IMG/VR virus record: IMGVR_UViG_2563366978_000002
Coordinates: 1-42,648 of that record
Strand: one strand, 5' to 3'
Length of the DNA stretch: 42,648 bases
DNA from: a virus
Taxonomy: Duplodnaviria > Heunggongvirae > Uroviricota > Caudoviricetes
Position numbers and translations under genes: made by a program
Shown: positions 1-8,726 of the stretch, in pieces
Position numbering within the stretch: position 1 is the first letter of the stretch
How the letters are laid out: each line of letters starts with the position of its first letter
Notes under the pieces: model-generated
Database searches by the model: none
The model's input: only the letters and a program-made list of their open reading frames with translations
Told to the model about the DNA's origin: nothing

Positions 1-1284
1 CTACTTCTTCGCCTCTGCAACCACTTTGCTACCCACGCCGCGGTTATTGTATTCCCACATGCGGTTGTAGTTAGTGTCATTCAGATTGCGCTGTACTTCG
101 TCGTTATCATCAACGCTGCCGGTGTTACCCGCAAATGGACGATTAGAGATCACCGCATCAGCCCACGGTTTGGCTGTGTTAAAACCTTCGTTGATGGCGC
201 TATCACGGATCACTACCTGACCGTTGGTATTGGCATCAACATCCAGCGAGCGGCCCAGTTGCGCCACGCCATCACCGGAAGCATTGAAACGGCTGTTTAC
301 GGCGAGGAAACCGTAGTAAATGTTGGACAGCGTAGCCGGTGCAAACACATACGCTTCTTGCTGGGTACGGGAGTTCACCACGCGGAATTCGGTGTTATCG
401 AACACCACTGCGCCGCGACCAGAAACGATATCCACATCCCCTTCAATATAGCTGTTGGTCACCAGCGTACGTGGCTGACGATTCGTTTCCAGACGGTTCT
501 GCACACCGCTGTTGGTGACAAAGAAGGTGTTCTGACGACCGAGAATGTTGACGTTATTGATCTGCACTTTGTCGCCATCAGTACGCAGTGCCACCGCCGG
601 ATGGTTACCCGCATCTACGCTATCGCCCAGCGTGTTTTCGATGGTCAGGTTTTGCAGTTGCAGGCCATTGTTTTGTGACCAGAAGACCGCAGAGCAGAGA
701 ACACCGATACTGTCGCTGCGTTTACTCTGGCAGCTATCGTACATATACCACGCCGGTTTACCTGGCATATATTTGCCGCGCGGGTTGACGTCGTGACGCC
801 AGTCGGCAGGGCTCATGCCACCATCAAGGGAAAGCCCAATCTTCACATCAATCGGTTTTTCACCCGTACCGTACAGAGTAATTCCACCCGGAGCGGCAGG
901 GACATACACCGTTCCCTGATACTCACCAGGCATCACGGCAATATACTGGCGCTTGTTGGTACGCTTGATAATTGCCGCATCTACCGCCGCCTGAATCGTG
1001 GTATGCGTTACACCTTGAGTACCCGCCGGGCCGACAACAAAGTCAGGTTGCGCAGGCAGGGTAATCGGGGAAGGATTCCACGCTGCCGCACCTGGTGTCA
1101 GGGATGCAAAATAGTGTTGAGCATCGAAATTCTGCGCTTCTTTTGCCGACAGAATCGGGCGCGAAGAGGTACCAGGCGCGGTTTGATCAGAAGGACGTTG
1201 ATCGGGCGGTGTTGAGCTACAGGCGGTCAGCGTCACGCCAAAAGCCAATGCCAGCGCCAGACGGGAAACTGAAAATGTGTTCAC
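1..1284 (-). CDS. ybhC: YbhC, pectinesterase-fold outer-membrane lipoprotein; host gene flanking lambda attB
   Basis: Full 427-aa ORF with N-terminal lipoprotein signal (LTACSS lipobox); matches my recollection of E. coli YbhC, the gene adjacent to the lambda attachment site. Confidence 0.85.
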   Translation of the reverse strand: MNTFSVSRLALALAFGVTLTACSSTPPDQRPSDQTAPGTSSRPILSAKEAQNFDAQHYFASLTPGAAAWNPSPITLPAQPDFVVGPAGTQGVTHTTIQAAVDAAIIKRTNKRQYIAVMPGEYQGTVYVPAAPGGITLYGTGEKPIDVKIGLSLDGGMSPADWRHDVNPRGKYMPGKPAWYMYDSCQSKRSDSIGVLCSAVFWSQNNGLQLQNLTIENTLGDSVDAGNHPAVALRTDGDKVQINNVNILGRQNTFFVTNSGVQNRLETNRQPRTLVTNSYIEGDVDIVSGRGAVVFDNTEFRVVNSRTQQEAYVFAPATLSNIYYGFLAVNSRFNASGDGVAQLGRSLDVDANTNGQVVIRDSAINEGFNTAKPWADAVISNRPFAGNTGSVDDNDEVQRNLNDTNYNRMWEYNNRGVGSKVVAEAKK

Positions 1285-1330
1285 AGGTTGCTCCGGGCTA
1301 TGAAATAGAAAAATGAATCCGTTGAAGCCT

Positions 1331-1345
1331 GCTTTTTTATACTAA
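1331..1345. repeat. attL core (lambda-type overlap region O) followed by the P' arm
   Basis: GCTTTTTTATACTAA followed by GTTGGCATTATAAAAAAGCATTGCTTATCAATTTGTTGCAACGAACAGGTCACTATCAGTCAAAAT, which I recognise as the lambda attP P' arm with arm-type Int sites. Confidence 0.9.
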
Positions 1346-1418
1346 GTTGGCATTATAAAAAAGCATTGCTTATCAATTTGTTGCAACGAACAGGTCACTA
1401 TCAGTCAAAATAAAATCA

Positions 1419-2489
1419 TTATTTGATTTCAATTTTGTCCCACTCCCTGCCTCTGTCATCACGATACTGTGATGCCATGGTGTCCGACTTATGCCCGAGA
1501 AGATGTTGAGCAAACTTATCGCTTATCTGCTTCTCATAGAGTCTTGCAGACAAACTGCGCAACTCGTGAAAGGTAGGCGGATCCCCTTCGAAGGAAAGAC
1601 CTGATGCTTTTCGTGCGCGCATAAAATACCTTGATACTGTGCCGGATGAAAGCGGTTCACGACGAGTAGATGCAATTATGGTTTCTCCGCCAAGAATCTC
1701 TTTGCATTTATCAAGTGTTTCCTTCATTGATATCCCAAGAGCATCAACATGCAATGTTGTTGGGATGGCAATTTTTACGCCGGTTTTGCTTTGCTCGACA
1801 TAAAGATAGCCATCTACGATATCAGACCACTTCATTTCGCATAAATCCCCAACACGCTGCCCGGTAACAACAGCCAGTTCCATTGCAAGTCTAAGCCAAC
1901 ATGGTGATGATTCTGCTGCTTGATAAATTTTCAGGTATTCGTCAGCCGTAAGTCTTGATCTCCTTACCTCTGATTTTGCTGCGCGAGTGGCAGCGACCGG
2001 GTTTATTGTTATATGGCCTTCAGCTATTGCCTCTCGGAATGCATCGCTCAGTGTTGATCTGATTAACTTGGCTGACGCCGCCTTGCCCTCGTCTATGTAT
2101 CCATTGAGCATTGCCGCAATTTCTTTTGTGGTGATGTCTTCAAGTGGAGCATCAGGCAGACCCCTCCTTATTGCTTTAATTTTGCTCATGTAATTTATGA
2201 GTGTCTTCTGCTTGATTCCTCTGCTGGCGAGGATTTTTTCGTAGCGATCAAGCCATGAATGTAACGTAACAGAATTATCACTGTTGATTCTCGCTGTCAG
2301 AGGCTTGTGTTTGTGTCCTGAAAATAACTCAATGTTGGCCTGTATAGCTTCAGTGATTGCTATTCGCCTGTCTCGGCCTAATCCAAACTCTTTACCCGTC
2401 CTTGGGTCCCTGTAGCAGTAATATCCATTGTTTCTTATATAAAGGTTAGGGGGTAAATCCCGGCGCTCATGACTTCGCCTTCTTCCCAT
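1419..2489 (-). CDS. int: Tyrosine site-specific integrase, lambda Int type
   Basis: 356-aa ORF MGRRRSHERRDLPPNLYIRNNGYYCYRDPRTGKEFGLGRDRR... matches lambda Int as recalled; sits immediately inside attL. Confidence 0.95.
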   Translation of the reverse strand: MGRRRSHERRDLPPNLYIRNNGYYCYRDPRTGKEFGLGRDRRIAITEAIQANIELFSGHKHKPLTARINSDNSVTLHSWLDRYEKILASRGIKQKTLINYMSKIKAIRRGLPDAPLEDITTKEIAAMLNGYIDEGKAASAKLIRSTLSDAFREAIAEGHITINPVAATRAAKSEVRRSRLTADEYLKIYQAAESSPCWLRLAMELAVVTGQRVGDLCEMKWSDIVDGYLYVEQSKTGVKIAIPTTLHVDALGISMKETLDKCKEILGGETIIASTRREPLSSGTVSRYFMRARKASGLSFEGDPPTFHELRSLSARLYEKQISDKFAQHLLGHKSDTMASQYRDDRGREWDKIEIK

Positions 2490-2685
2490 TTCTGATCCTC
2501 TTCAAAAGGCTACCTGTTACTGGTCGATTTAAGTCAACCTTTACCGCTGATTCGTGGAACAGATACTCTCTTCCATCCTTAACCGGAGGAGGGAATATCC
2601 TGCACTCGCGTACCCATCGACGAACTGTTTCAAGGCTTCTTGGACGTCGCTGGCGTGCGTTCCACTCCTGAAGTGTCAAGTACAT
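2467..2685 (-). CDS. xis: Excisionase, lambda Xis type
   Basis: 72-aa ORF MYLTLQEWNARQRRPRSLETVRRWVRECRIFPPPVKDGREYLFHESAVKVDLNRP... matches lambda Xis as recalled; overlaps the int start as in lambda. Confidence 0.9.
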   Translation of the reverse strand: MYLTLQEWNARQRRPRSLETVRRWVRECRIFPPPVKDGREYLFHESAVKVDLNRPVTGSLLKRIRNGKKAKS

Positions 2686-2711
2686 CGCAAAGTCTCCGCA
2701 ATTACACGCAA

Positions 2712-2732
2712 GAAAAAACCGCCATCAGGCGG
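2712..2732 (-). terminator. Candidate intrinsic terminator upstream of xis (minus-strand transcript)
   Basis: On the minus strand, hairpin GCCGCC-TGAT-GGCGG followed by a U6 run (plus-strand CCGCCATCAGGCGG preceded by A6). Confidence 0.45.
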
Positions 2733-2892
2733 CTTGGTGTTCTTTCAGTTCTTCAATTCGAATATTGGTTACGTCTGCATGTGCTATCTGCGCCCATAGC
2801 ATCCAGTGGTCATAGCAGTCGTTGATGTTCTCTGCTTCGATAACTCTGTTGAATGGCTCTCCATTCCATTCTCCTGTGACTCGGAAGTGCAT
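2725..2892 (-). CDS. Hypothetical small protein (55 aa)
   Basis: ATG at 2892 preceded by GGAGATGA Shine-Dalgarno-like sequence; translation MHFRVTGEWNGEPFNRVIEAENINDCYDHW...; stop lies in the terminator hairpin; below the ORF-track size cutoff. Confidence 0.3.
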   Translation of the reverse strand: MHFRVTGEWNGEPFNRVIEAENINDCYDHWMLWAQIAHADVTNIRIEELKEHQAA

Positions 2893-2964
2893 TTATCATC
2901 TCCATAAAACAAAACTCGCCGTAGCGAGTTCAGATAAAAGAAATCCCCGCGAATGCGAGGATTG

Positions 2965-3249
2965 TTATTCATTGCCGATATTTACCTTTATCGCGTAAAC
3001 CTTTACCGGTTTATCGCCGAAGTGCGGATGTGTGATTGTCTTGATTTCATATCCGTCATACGGGACGTCAATTCTACGGCTGGAATCGTCGCGCTTCGGA
3101 TATCCCTTTGTGATAATCAGGCGGTCATACTCCAGGAACATAATTCGCTTATTCCAGTAGTCATTACACAGGCGATACTCTTCCGTTTTCTCTCCGCGAA
3201 TCATGGCATCGAAGTATTCACCTTTGACGGCAAGTTGCAGGTTAGCCAC
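2965..3249 (-). CDS. Hypothetical protein (94 aa)
   Basis: GTG start at 3249 preceded by AGGAGG with 7-nt spacing, directly after the stop of the upstream gene; the longer 107-aa ORF in the track overlaps that gene. Confidence 0.45.
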   Translation of the reverse strand: MANLQLAVKGEYFDAMIRGEKTEEYRLCNDYWNKRIMFLEYDRLIITKGYPKRDDSSRRIDVPYDGYEIKTITHPHFGDKPVKVYAIKVNIGNE

Positions 3250-4090
3250 GGTTAACCTCCTGCGGCGGTTCTGCTGCAAAATACGCAATACCTTTATCCC
3301 AGATGGATTTTATGGTCGTCCACGTGACTGGTACTTTAATTTCAATCCGCCCGCTACCGTCACAGGTATCGCAATCATCATCGCCAAAGCATTCCGGGCA
3401 GCTGATAAACGTAGTTTCTGAAAATTCACCGGATAGCGCACCCTTAGCGCCGTTCTCGGCTGTTAGTCTCTTCGGCACCACGACCCAACCATCCGGAGTT
3501 CCCGGAGAGTTGCCATTTACATCGAAGTTTGGCTCTGCGTCCTGAACCAGGAGGATGTAACCATTCTTGGCTGTATCAAGTTCTAACGCCTCGGTGACGG
3601 TGCCGAAATAGCGATTACCTAAATCAGCATCACAAGTGCTTACATCAATGGAAACTTCCATCCCTTCGATTAATTCTGGCAAGTTGTAAGTTTGGCTTAC
3701 AGGTTGGATACCCTGAAGCATGGCAGCGTGGCAGGCATCCTCTACGCCTTTAACTGCATCTGCACAGTAGTTATAGCGATTGCATTCCACTAACTTCTGC
3801 TTGAGATTTTCAATTGCTTGCGCGACATCAGCCTGCAATTCCCGAACTGGCGGAGTAGCATATAACGGCACCCACTTTGGTGCTTTATCCCCGACCGAAC
3901 GCTGATACCAGTCACCCGGTTTGTATTCATAAAACTCACCAACAGGCTCTGCTTCCAGCGATGCCAGCGCCAACTTGAACGCTTGAAGCTCAATGGCACT
4001 GTTGGTATCCAGTCCAAACGGTAATTCATCACGATTGGCTTCGTATTCAGCGATAGTTTGCTTCAGCCATTCTTTGGTTAGTTCAGCCAT
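3242..4090 (-). CDS. Hypothetical early-region protein with C-terminal Cys-rich CxxC...CxxCxGxG-like motif
   Basis: ATG at 4090 (MAELTKEWLKQ...) with AGGGA-type RBS, located just after the stop of the upstream gene; C-terminal CPECFGDDDCDTCDGSGRI resembles a zinc-ribbon or DnaJ-type zinc finger. Confidence 0.5.
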   Translation of the reverse strand: MAELTKEWLKQTIAEYEANRDELPFGLDTNSAIELQAFKLALASLEAEPVGEFYEYKPGDWYQRSVGDKAPKWVPLYATPPVRELQADVAQAIENLKQKLVECNRYNYCADAVKGVEDACHAAMLQGIQPVSQTYNLPELIEGMEVSIDVSTCDADLGNRYFGTVTEALELDTAKNGYILLVQDAEPNFDVNGNSPGTPDGWVVVPKRLTAENGAKGALSGEFSETTFISCPECFGDDDCDTCDGSGRIEIKVPVTWTTIKSIWDKGIAYFAAEPPQEVNRG

Positions 4091-4094
4091 ATCC

Positions 4095-4547
4095 CTAATT
4101 CCCCTTGATGCTGACTTTGACGCCAACCTTGCGAATCTCATCGGCGCATCTGTTCACGATACTCCGGTGAAACTCACAAAAAATTTTCGCCGACTGCGGC
4201 CCTAATGGGTGAACATCGTGCGCACGCGGCAGTACAACCTCCCGCGCCTCCATGTCAGCAATCCGCTTGTCTTTGGCTTCCAGCTCATCCAGCAGCGCCA
4301 GCACGGTAACTGGATTGGCTGCGGCGATGAATTCAGCATTGGCCTGCTGTTCTATTTGGAAATCTTCATCGAAACCGCTTTCAGGATGCGCTCCTTCAAT
4401 TCTGCAAATGGGAAGATATCCAACAACGTCACGATGAATTAGCGCATCATCACAATCAAATCGGCTCTCTCCATATTCGAGCCACCACACACCACACGTT
4501 GCTTTCTCTGCCTTTTCACGCAGTGCCTGATAGTCAATCTTGCTCAT
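4095..4547 (-). CDS. Ead/Ea22-like family protein (function unknown)
   Basis: 150-aa ORF; N-terminal MSKIDYQALREKAEKAT... resembles the N-terminal signature I recall for Ead/Ea22-like prophage proteins; position matches the lambda ea region. Confidence 0.5.
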   Translation of the reverse strand: MSKIDYQALREKAEKATCGVWWLEYGESRFDCDDALIHRDVVGYLPICRIEGAHPESGFDEDFQIEQQANAEFIAAANPVTVLALLDELEAKDKRIADMEAREVVLPRAHDVHPLGPQSAKIFCEFHRSIVNRCADEIRKVGVKVSIKGN

Positions 4548-4548
4548 G

Positions 4549-4848
4549 TCACATCACCCTGAATCCGTTGCATTTACGTAAAAAATCGCAGATATAGCCC
4601 TTCATTTTTTCGTGCCAATCTCGATCATTCCCATTGCACCAACCATCAGGTGGAGTCCAGTTTTCTATCAGAGCAGCCATTTTCTTTGCTTTCGCCGGAG
4701 TAGCTGTTGCGGTATCGCAGTAATGACGAGTGTCAACCAACGAATCCATACCATCGATATCAAGTACGCAAAACCATGTGTGATTCGGAATTCCTACAGG
4801 TGGTATTTGTTGCCCACGTCGACGTTTATCAATAAGATATACACTCAC
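4549..4848 (-). CDS. Hypothetical protein
   Basis: 99-aa ORF, GTG start preceded by AAGGAGG; part of a tightly packed leftward operon. Confidence 0.45.
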   Translation of the reverse strand: MSVYLIDKRRRGQQIPPVGIPNHTWFCVLDIDGMDSLVDTRHYCDTATATPAKAKKMAALIENWTPPDGWCNGNDRDWHEKMKGYICDFLRKCNGFRVM

Positions 4849-5012
4849 TGCTTGCCTCCTTTACGCAACATCGCATTCAGATATTTGTTTTGATTCACTG
4901 ACGGAAAAGAATTTCTCTTAAGTAATTCCTCTCTCGATGGCATGGGCTTTACGCGTTGGCGAATAATCATTTCTGCCGGAAGAATGCCGGGATTGTATGC
5001 AAGTCCTCTCAT
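4845..5012 (-). CDS. Hypothetical small protein (55 aa)
   Basis: ATG at 5012 preceded by GGAGAG; ATGA overlap with the upstream gene stop and GTGA overlap with the downstream gene start suggest translational coupling. Confidence 0.35.
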   Translation of the reverse strand: MRGLAYNPGILPAEMIIRQRVKPMPSREELLKRNSFPSVNQNKYLNAMLRKGGKQ

Positions 5013-5299
5013 GATTTACTCTCCACGAACTGGTCAATAGCCATGCTAAGTGACACACCTAAAGTCTCGATATGCTGCTGAATATCCTGTAGCGTCTGCG
5101 CCTGAGATAACAGGATTTCACGGTTGCATAACTCTTTAACCAGATGCTCAAACTTGCTGTAATAACCGATACGACTGAGCGTTTCTTTCCCTGCATTCTC
5201 GCCTTCTTTGATAATTCCTCTTTCGCTAAGAATCAGGTCGTGTTTGGTTCCGGTAATAACGTATTTTCCGAGGTCGATGTTTAGCTTCATTGTTTTCAT
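5009..5299 (-). CDS. Hypothetical protein
   Basis: ORF with internal start MKTMKLN... preceded by GAGGAA; the longer 107-aa form in the track would overlap the upstream gene. Confidence 0.45.
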   Translation of the reverse strand: MKTMKLNIDLGKYVITGTKHDLILSERGIIKEGENAGKETLSRIGYYSKFEHLVKELCNREILLSQAQTLQDIQQHIETLGVSLSMAIDQFVESKS

Positions 5300-5309
5300 T
5301 GTTAATTCC

Positions 5310-5606
5310 TCAGTCATTACTGATAGCGCCATAGCGTGAGCGGTAATTACGCAGGCGCGGGTCGATATATTCAGGGAATTTGTCTATTGTCGCTTTTCGC
5401 AACGGTCTCATTGCTGTTTCGTTTGTTCGGTCCTTCTCCTGTTTTAGCGCGAGTTGTATATCGCGTCGGTACATCCGTTCCGCTTTTGTTTCTGGTGGCA
5501 GAGTAAGAAATGCATCGAAATTGTTTTTGATATTTTCCAGCACCTCCAATACGGAATTGCCGGAACAGCGGCGCGCGTCGTCCGCACCATACAGAGGCGC
5601 TGGCAT
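5310..5606 (-). CDS. Hypothetical protein
   Basis: 98-aa ORF starting 13 nt after the ssb stop. Confidence 0.45.
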   Translation of the reverse strand: MPAPLYGADDARRCSGNSVLEVLENIKNNFDAFLTLPPETKAERMYRRDIQLALKQEKDRTNETAMRPLRKATIDKFPEYIDPRLRNYRSRYGAISND

Positions 5607-5619
5607 GATTTTCTCCTGA

Positions 5620-6135
5620 TTAAATTGCGTGAATAGCGTGACGAGGGAAGGGGAGGGTTACTGGCGCAAAAGGTATATCGTCGTCAAACTCCATAGGTGG
5701 TTCGCTGTGATTTACCTGCTTCTTAGGCTGCTGTTTTTGTTGCTGACCGTTATTTCGCTGAGGTGAAGACTGTTCATTGATTCCTTGCTTGCCACCAAGC
5801 ATTTGCATGGTTCCACCAACGCCCACGATAACTTCGGTAGTGAACCGATCCTGTCCGCTTTGATCCTGCCATTTTCTTGTCCGCAATTTTCCTTCAAGAT
5901 AAACCTCAGAGCCTTTTCGCAGATATTCGCTGGCAATTTCTGCCAGTTTCCCGCTCATTACCACACGGTGCCACTCCGTCTGCTCCTTTTGCTCTCCAGT
6001 TTGCTTATCACGCCATTGTTCTGACGTAGCAACTGTAAGGTTTGCAAATGCCGTTCCTGATGGTGAATATCTGATTTCTGGATCATGCCCAAGGCGACCA
6101 ATAATGATCACCTTATTTACGCCTCTGCTTGCCAT
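5620..6135 (-). CDS. ssb: Single-stranded DNA-binding protein (SSB) with a 15-residue extension beyond the canonical DDDIPF tip
   Basis: N-terminal [48 protein letters not shown]... is a typical OB-fold SSB; Gly/Gln-rich linker; acidic ...MEFDDDIPF motif is present but followed by [15 protein letters not shown] before the stop. Confidence 0.85.
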   Translation of the reverse strand: MASRGVNKVIIIGRLGHDPEIRYSPSGTAFANLTVATSEQWRDKQTGEQKEQTEWHRVVMSGKLAEIASEYLRKGSEVYLEGKLRTRKWQDQSGQDRFTTEVIVGVGGTMQMLGGKQGINEQSSPQRNNGQQQKQQPKKQVNHSEPPMEFDDDIPFAPVTLPFPRHAIHAI

Positions 6136-6843
6136 TTATGCCGCCTGTTTTAGTTCGTTAACTCTGATGTTCATTACCTGAACGCATTTAGCCTGCGCCT
6201 CCTCGTTGCCAGCCATTAATTGCCAGTCACGCTGATAACGCTCGATGAGTTTTTTCTTGTCAGTTTCTGTTGACGCATAATCGCTGAAGTCTTTCAGGAT
6301 TTGCTCGCAGTCAACCGATGGAGATTTCTGGTTGGTATTTTCTGGTGATGGTTTGTTATCTGATGCTGGGATTGCCCATCCCGGCAGCGATGGAGGGAGC
6401 CAGTAAAATCCTGTTCCATCCTTGAGTTTTGCCCTGTGCCATCCCTGCTTTTTATCGAGAGATGTTTGTGCGAAACCTTCCTCAAGGTTATACAGATACC
6501 GACCGATTCCCCACTGAACGGCAGCGCGCTTCATTGCACCGGAACGACCACCTTTTACGGCTTCTACCTGCGTGTTTTCAGCAGCATCCCATTTGGTTAC
6601 CCATTCGGAATCAATCCTGATTGATATGCCGCATTCAACGCCTCCGTTGTTGGTAATATCTCGGTATTCATTGCGCCATCCTGCTTTGCCGCAAACATCG
6701 TCAAGGCGTTTCATGATTGCCCTGTTCGTGACATAAGCCAGCACCATAGCCCACACCTTGCCATCGCGTGTTTTACCGCTTTGCTGTATTCGCCATTCGA
6801 TATCTTCAGGGCTGAATGGCTCATCGAATTTGTTCAAATCCAT
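6136..6843 (-). CDS. Rad52/Rad22-family single-strand annealing protein (phage recombinase)
   Basis: 235-aa ORF containing ...AVQWGIGRYLYNLE..., which I recall as characteristic of Rad52-type phage annealing proteins; directly upstream of ssb. Confidence 0.65.
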   Translation of the reverse strand: MDLNKFDEPFSPEDIEWRIQQSGKTRDGKVWAMVLAYVTNRAIMKRLDDVCGKAGWRNEYRDITNNGGVECGISIRIDSEWVTKWDAAENTQVEAVKGGRSGAMKRAAVQWGIGRYLYNLEEGFAQTSLDKKQGWHRAKLKDGTGFYWLPPSLPGWAIPASDNKPSPENTNQKSPSVDCEQILKDFSDYASTETDKKKLIERYQRDWQLMAGNEEAQAKCVQVMNIRVNELKQAA

Positions 6844-6942
6844 AATTCACCTCAGAATGGACACGGCCCAAGGAAATAACGCTGATTTAATACTTCGACT
6901 CGGGACAAATTAAGGCATACCCGCATTCCTTCGCGGTCACCA

Positions 6943-7101
6943 TTATGGCGATACCAGAGAGCTTTCTGCGTGTACATGCGTCTCTGTAACTTGCTCTCCT
7001 TCACTGTGGTTGCAAGTGACATGAATATCTCCTTCGTTACCGATTAATTCTTTCATCTGACGAATGAATTCTTCGTCTGACCAGTTATCTGTAAAACTCA
7101 T
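6943..7101 (-). CDS. Hypothetical small protein (52 aa)
   Basis: ATG at 7101 forms an ATGA overlap with the stop of the cIII-like gene; weak RBS. Confidence 0.35.
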   Translation of the reverse strand: MSFTDNWSDEEFIRQMKELIGNEGDIHVTCNHSEGEQVTETHVHAESSLVSP

Positions 7102-7268
7102 GGACGGCCTTGTTGTTTCAAAATATCCCAAAGCTTTTCGAGCAAACTTTTCATTCTTGGTTGTTTAAAGTCTGCTCCGGTTAAAATATTTTTTCGTGAA
7201 TGCTGTACCGATAAAATCGGGTTGAAAGGGCGAACCGATGCCGCCCCTGCAATAGCGAACTGTTGCAT
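7098..7268 (-). CDS. cIII: CIII-like protein (FtsH protease inhibitor homologue)
   Basis: 56-aa ORF MQQFAIAGAASVRPFNPILSVQHSRKNILTGADFKQPRMKSLLEKLWDILKQQGRP, similar in length and motifs to lambda CIII (MQYAIAG...LIDILNQPG) as recalled; AAGGAG RBS 6 nt upstream. Confidence 0.6.
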   Translation of the reverse strand: MQQFAIAGAASVRPFNPILSVQHSRKNILTGADFKQPRMKSLLEKLWDILKQQGRP

Positions 7269-7332
7269 AGGATGCTCCTTCTGTTTGATTGCATAACGAA
7301 AACGCCTCTCGTGAAGCGTTATTGGTATGCAT

Positions 7333-7358
7333 ATAAAAAAGCCCTCACATTGGAGGGC
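7333..7358 (-). terminator. Candidate intrinsic terminator (tL1-like) between the membrane-protein gene and the cIII-like gene
   Basis: Minus-strand hairpin GCCCTC-CAATGT-GAGGGC followed by a U6 run. Confidence 0.55.
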
Positions 7359-7507
7359 AAAGAAGATTTCCAATAATCAGAACAAGTCGGCTCCTGTTTA
7401 GTTACGAGCGACATTGCTCCGTGTATTCACTCGTTGGAATGAATACACAGTGCAGTGTTTATTCTGTTGTTTATGCTAAAAATAAAGGACGAATATTCGG
7501 CCTGAAA

Positions 7508-7930
7508 TTACTCAACCAATGACGCTGCATATTCAATTAGGAATAACTTAGGTGCAAGCCAAATCTTCAACCATTCGAAATTGAAGGCAATAATTAAAAC
7601 ACCAATAATTGAGCCAAATATAGGAGCAAATACAGTGCATATATCGTAATAAAACGAAGATATAAAATATCCATCACTTGGACATCCATCGAAAGACGTC
7701 CATCTCTCGCCATTATTTCTTGCCGTTCTTGCAAAACTAGGAAGTTTCATTGCTGCAATTAAAAGCAACAACCCAGTCACTTGGAAAAGTGCGCTATGGA
7801 CAAAACTCCATATTAGCAACTGATGAACAACATCAGGAATCTGTGCCTGGCTAAATGAAACAGCAGCATCTATTCCATTGCTGGCTTTTTGCAGTAGTTC
7901 TACGAGAATCTTGTTTGCTTGTTCTTCCAT
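7508..7930 (-). CDS. Membrane protein, possibly SieB-like superinfection exclusion protein
   Basis: 140-aa ORF with at least two hydrophobic helices; position between N and cIII matches where sieB-type genes sit in lambdoid phages; assignment is positional only. Confidence 0.35.
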   Translation of the reverse strand: MEEQANKILVELLQKASNGIDAAVSFSQAQIPDVVHQLLIWSFVHSALFQVTGLLLLIAAMKLPSFARTARNNGERWTSFDGCPSDGYFISSFYYDICTVFAPIFGSIIGVLIIAFNFEWLKIWLAPKLFLIEYAASLVE

Positions 7931-7938
7931 ATATCACC

Positions 7939-8238
7939 TCAAATAAGTGGTTTGCTGCCTAATTTCATTTTCTGGCGACCAACACAAGTCACCCCCATTT
8001 CACTGCGTGGCTTGCGGTAGTAAATACGGTTCTGTTTACGCTCGACTTCATCTGCCTTCTTGCAGAGAAGGCTTCCGAGTGATGCTGCTTTGTCTGCTCT
8101 GACGCAACCAGAGAGCTTTAGCGCAATTTTTCGCGCCAGTCGCTGCTCTTGCATCGCCTGTTCACGTTGAGCCTGTCTGCGTGCTCTGCGGCGATTTCTG
8201 GCGTTATCGTCAGCCAGATATGTAATGACTACTGTCAT
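7939..8238 (-). CDS. N: Antitermination protein N (lambda N family)
   Basis: Arg-rich N-terminus (NARNRRRARRQAQREQ) and C-terminus ...RIYYRKPRSEMGVTCVGRQKMKLGSKPLI, closely resembling the lambda N C-terminus ...WYSKPGERGITCSGRQKIKGKSIPLI as recalled; GGAGG RBS. Confidence 0.85.
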   Translation of the reverse strand: MTVVITYLADDNARNRRRARRQAQREQAMQEQRLARKIALKLSGCVRADKAASLGSLLCKKADEVERKQNRIYYRKPRSEMGVTCVGRQKMKLGSKPLI

Positions 8239-8639
8239 GTTGACCTCCGATGAAACAACTTTGGAATTTTTTTTATTACAAAGTGGTTTCCTTCCCCGCC
8301 AATTAGACGGGGATGGAAGAGCATTTATGAGCCTTCATGGACTCTGCTCGATCAGTTCTATTTAATTAATATCTCAACTGAATGTAAGTATTCACATAAA
8401 TCCTCCTACCTCTTGTGCAGCTTTCTTGAATATGGTGGCGGCTGCATAACGCCTATGGAATTGACTTTGGCGATTGGATGGCCGGTGCTGAACTCCGGCT
8501 TACTGGTTAGAGCGCCCGCACTACCAGTGACGCTGTCTTGAGGCGCAGATTGGTTACTGCTTGCCATGAGCGCTGTTTATACATTGGTCGAGCATCAGCC
8601 TGCTCATTCATCCAATCCCAAAGCCAACTACTCTTTGGT

Positions 8640-8681
8640 TCCCGCATTTCGGCGGGACAATCCCATCAATGTTAAAGAGCC
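8640..8681 (-). promoter_or_regulatory. nutL (boxA GGCTCTTTAACA plus boxB hairpin TCCCGCCGAAATGCGGGA)
   Basis: Minus-strand reading gives a boxA-like element followed by an 18-nt hairpin that is identical to the one in nutR downstream of cro; lies about 40-80 nt downstream of the predicted pL. Confidence 0.65.
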
Positions 8682-8726
8682 TGCCAATCTGTTCCGTTTG
8701 GCTTCCAGCGTCCTGCTGATGGCTAA

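Noticed and set aside
259-1316. Several plus-strand ORFs (66-140 aa) inside the ybhC coding region
   Set aside because: They are antisense to a well-supported full-length host gene, lack ribosome-binding sites and have no recognisable domains.
8406-8567. 53-aa minus-strand ORF (MASSNQSAPQDSVTG...) in the N leader
   Set aside because: No Shine-Dalgarno sequence and no recognisable features; kept only as a note inside the leader finding.
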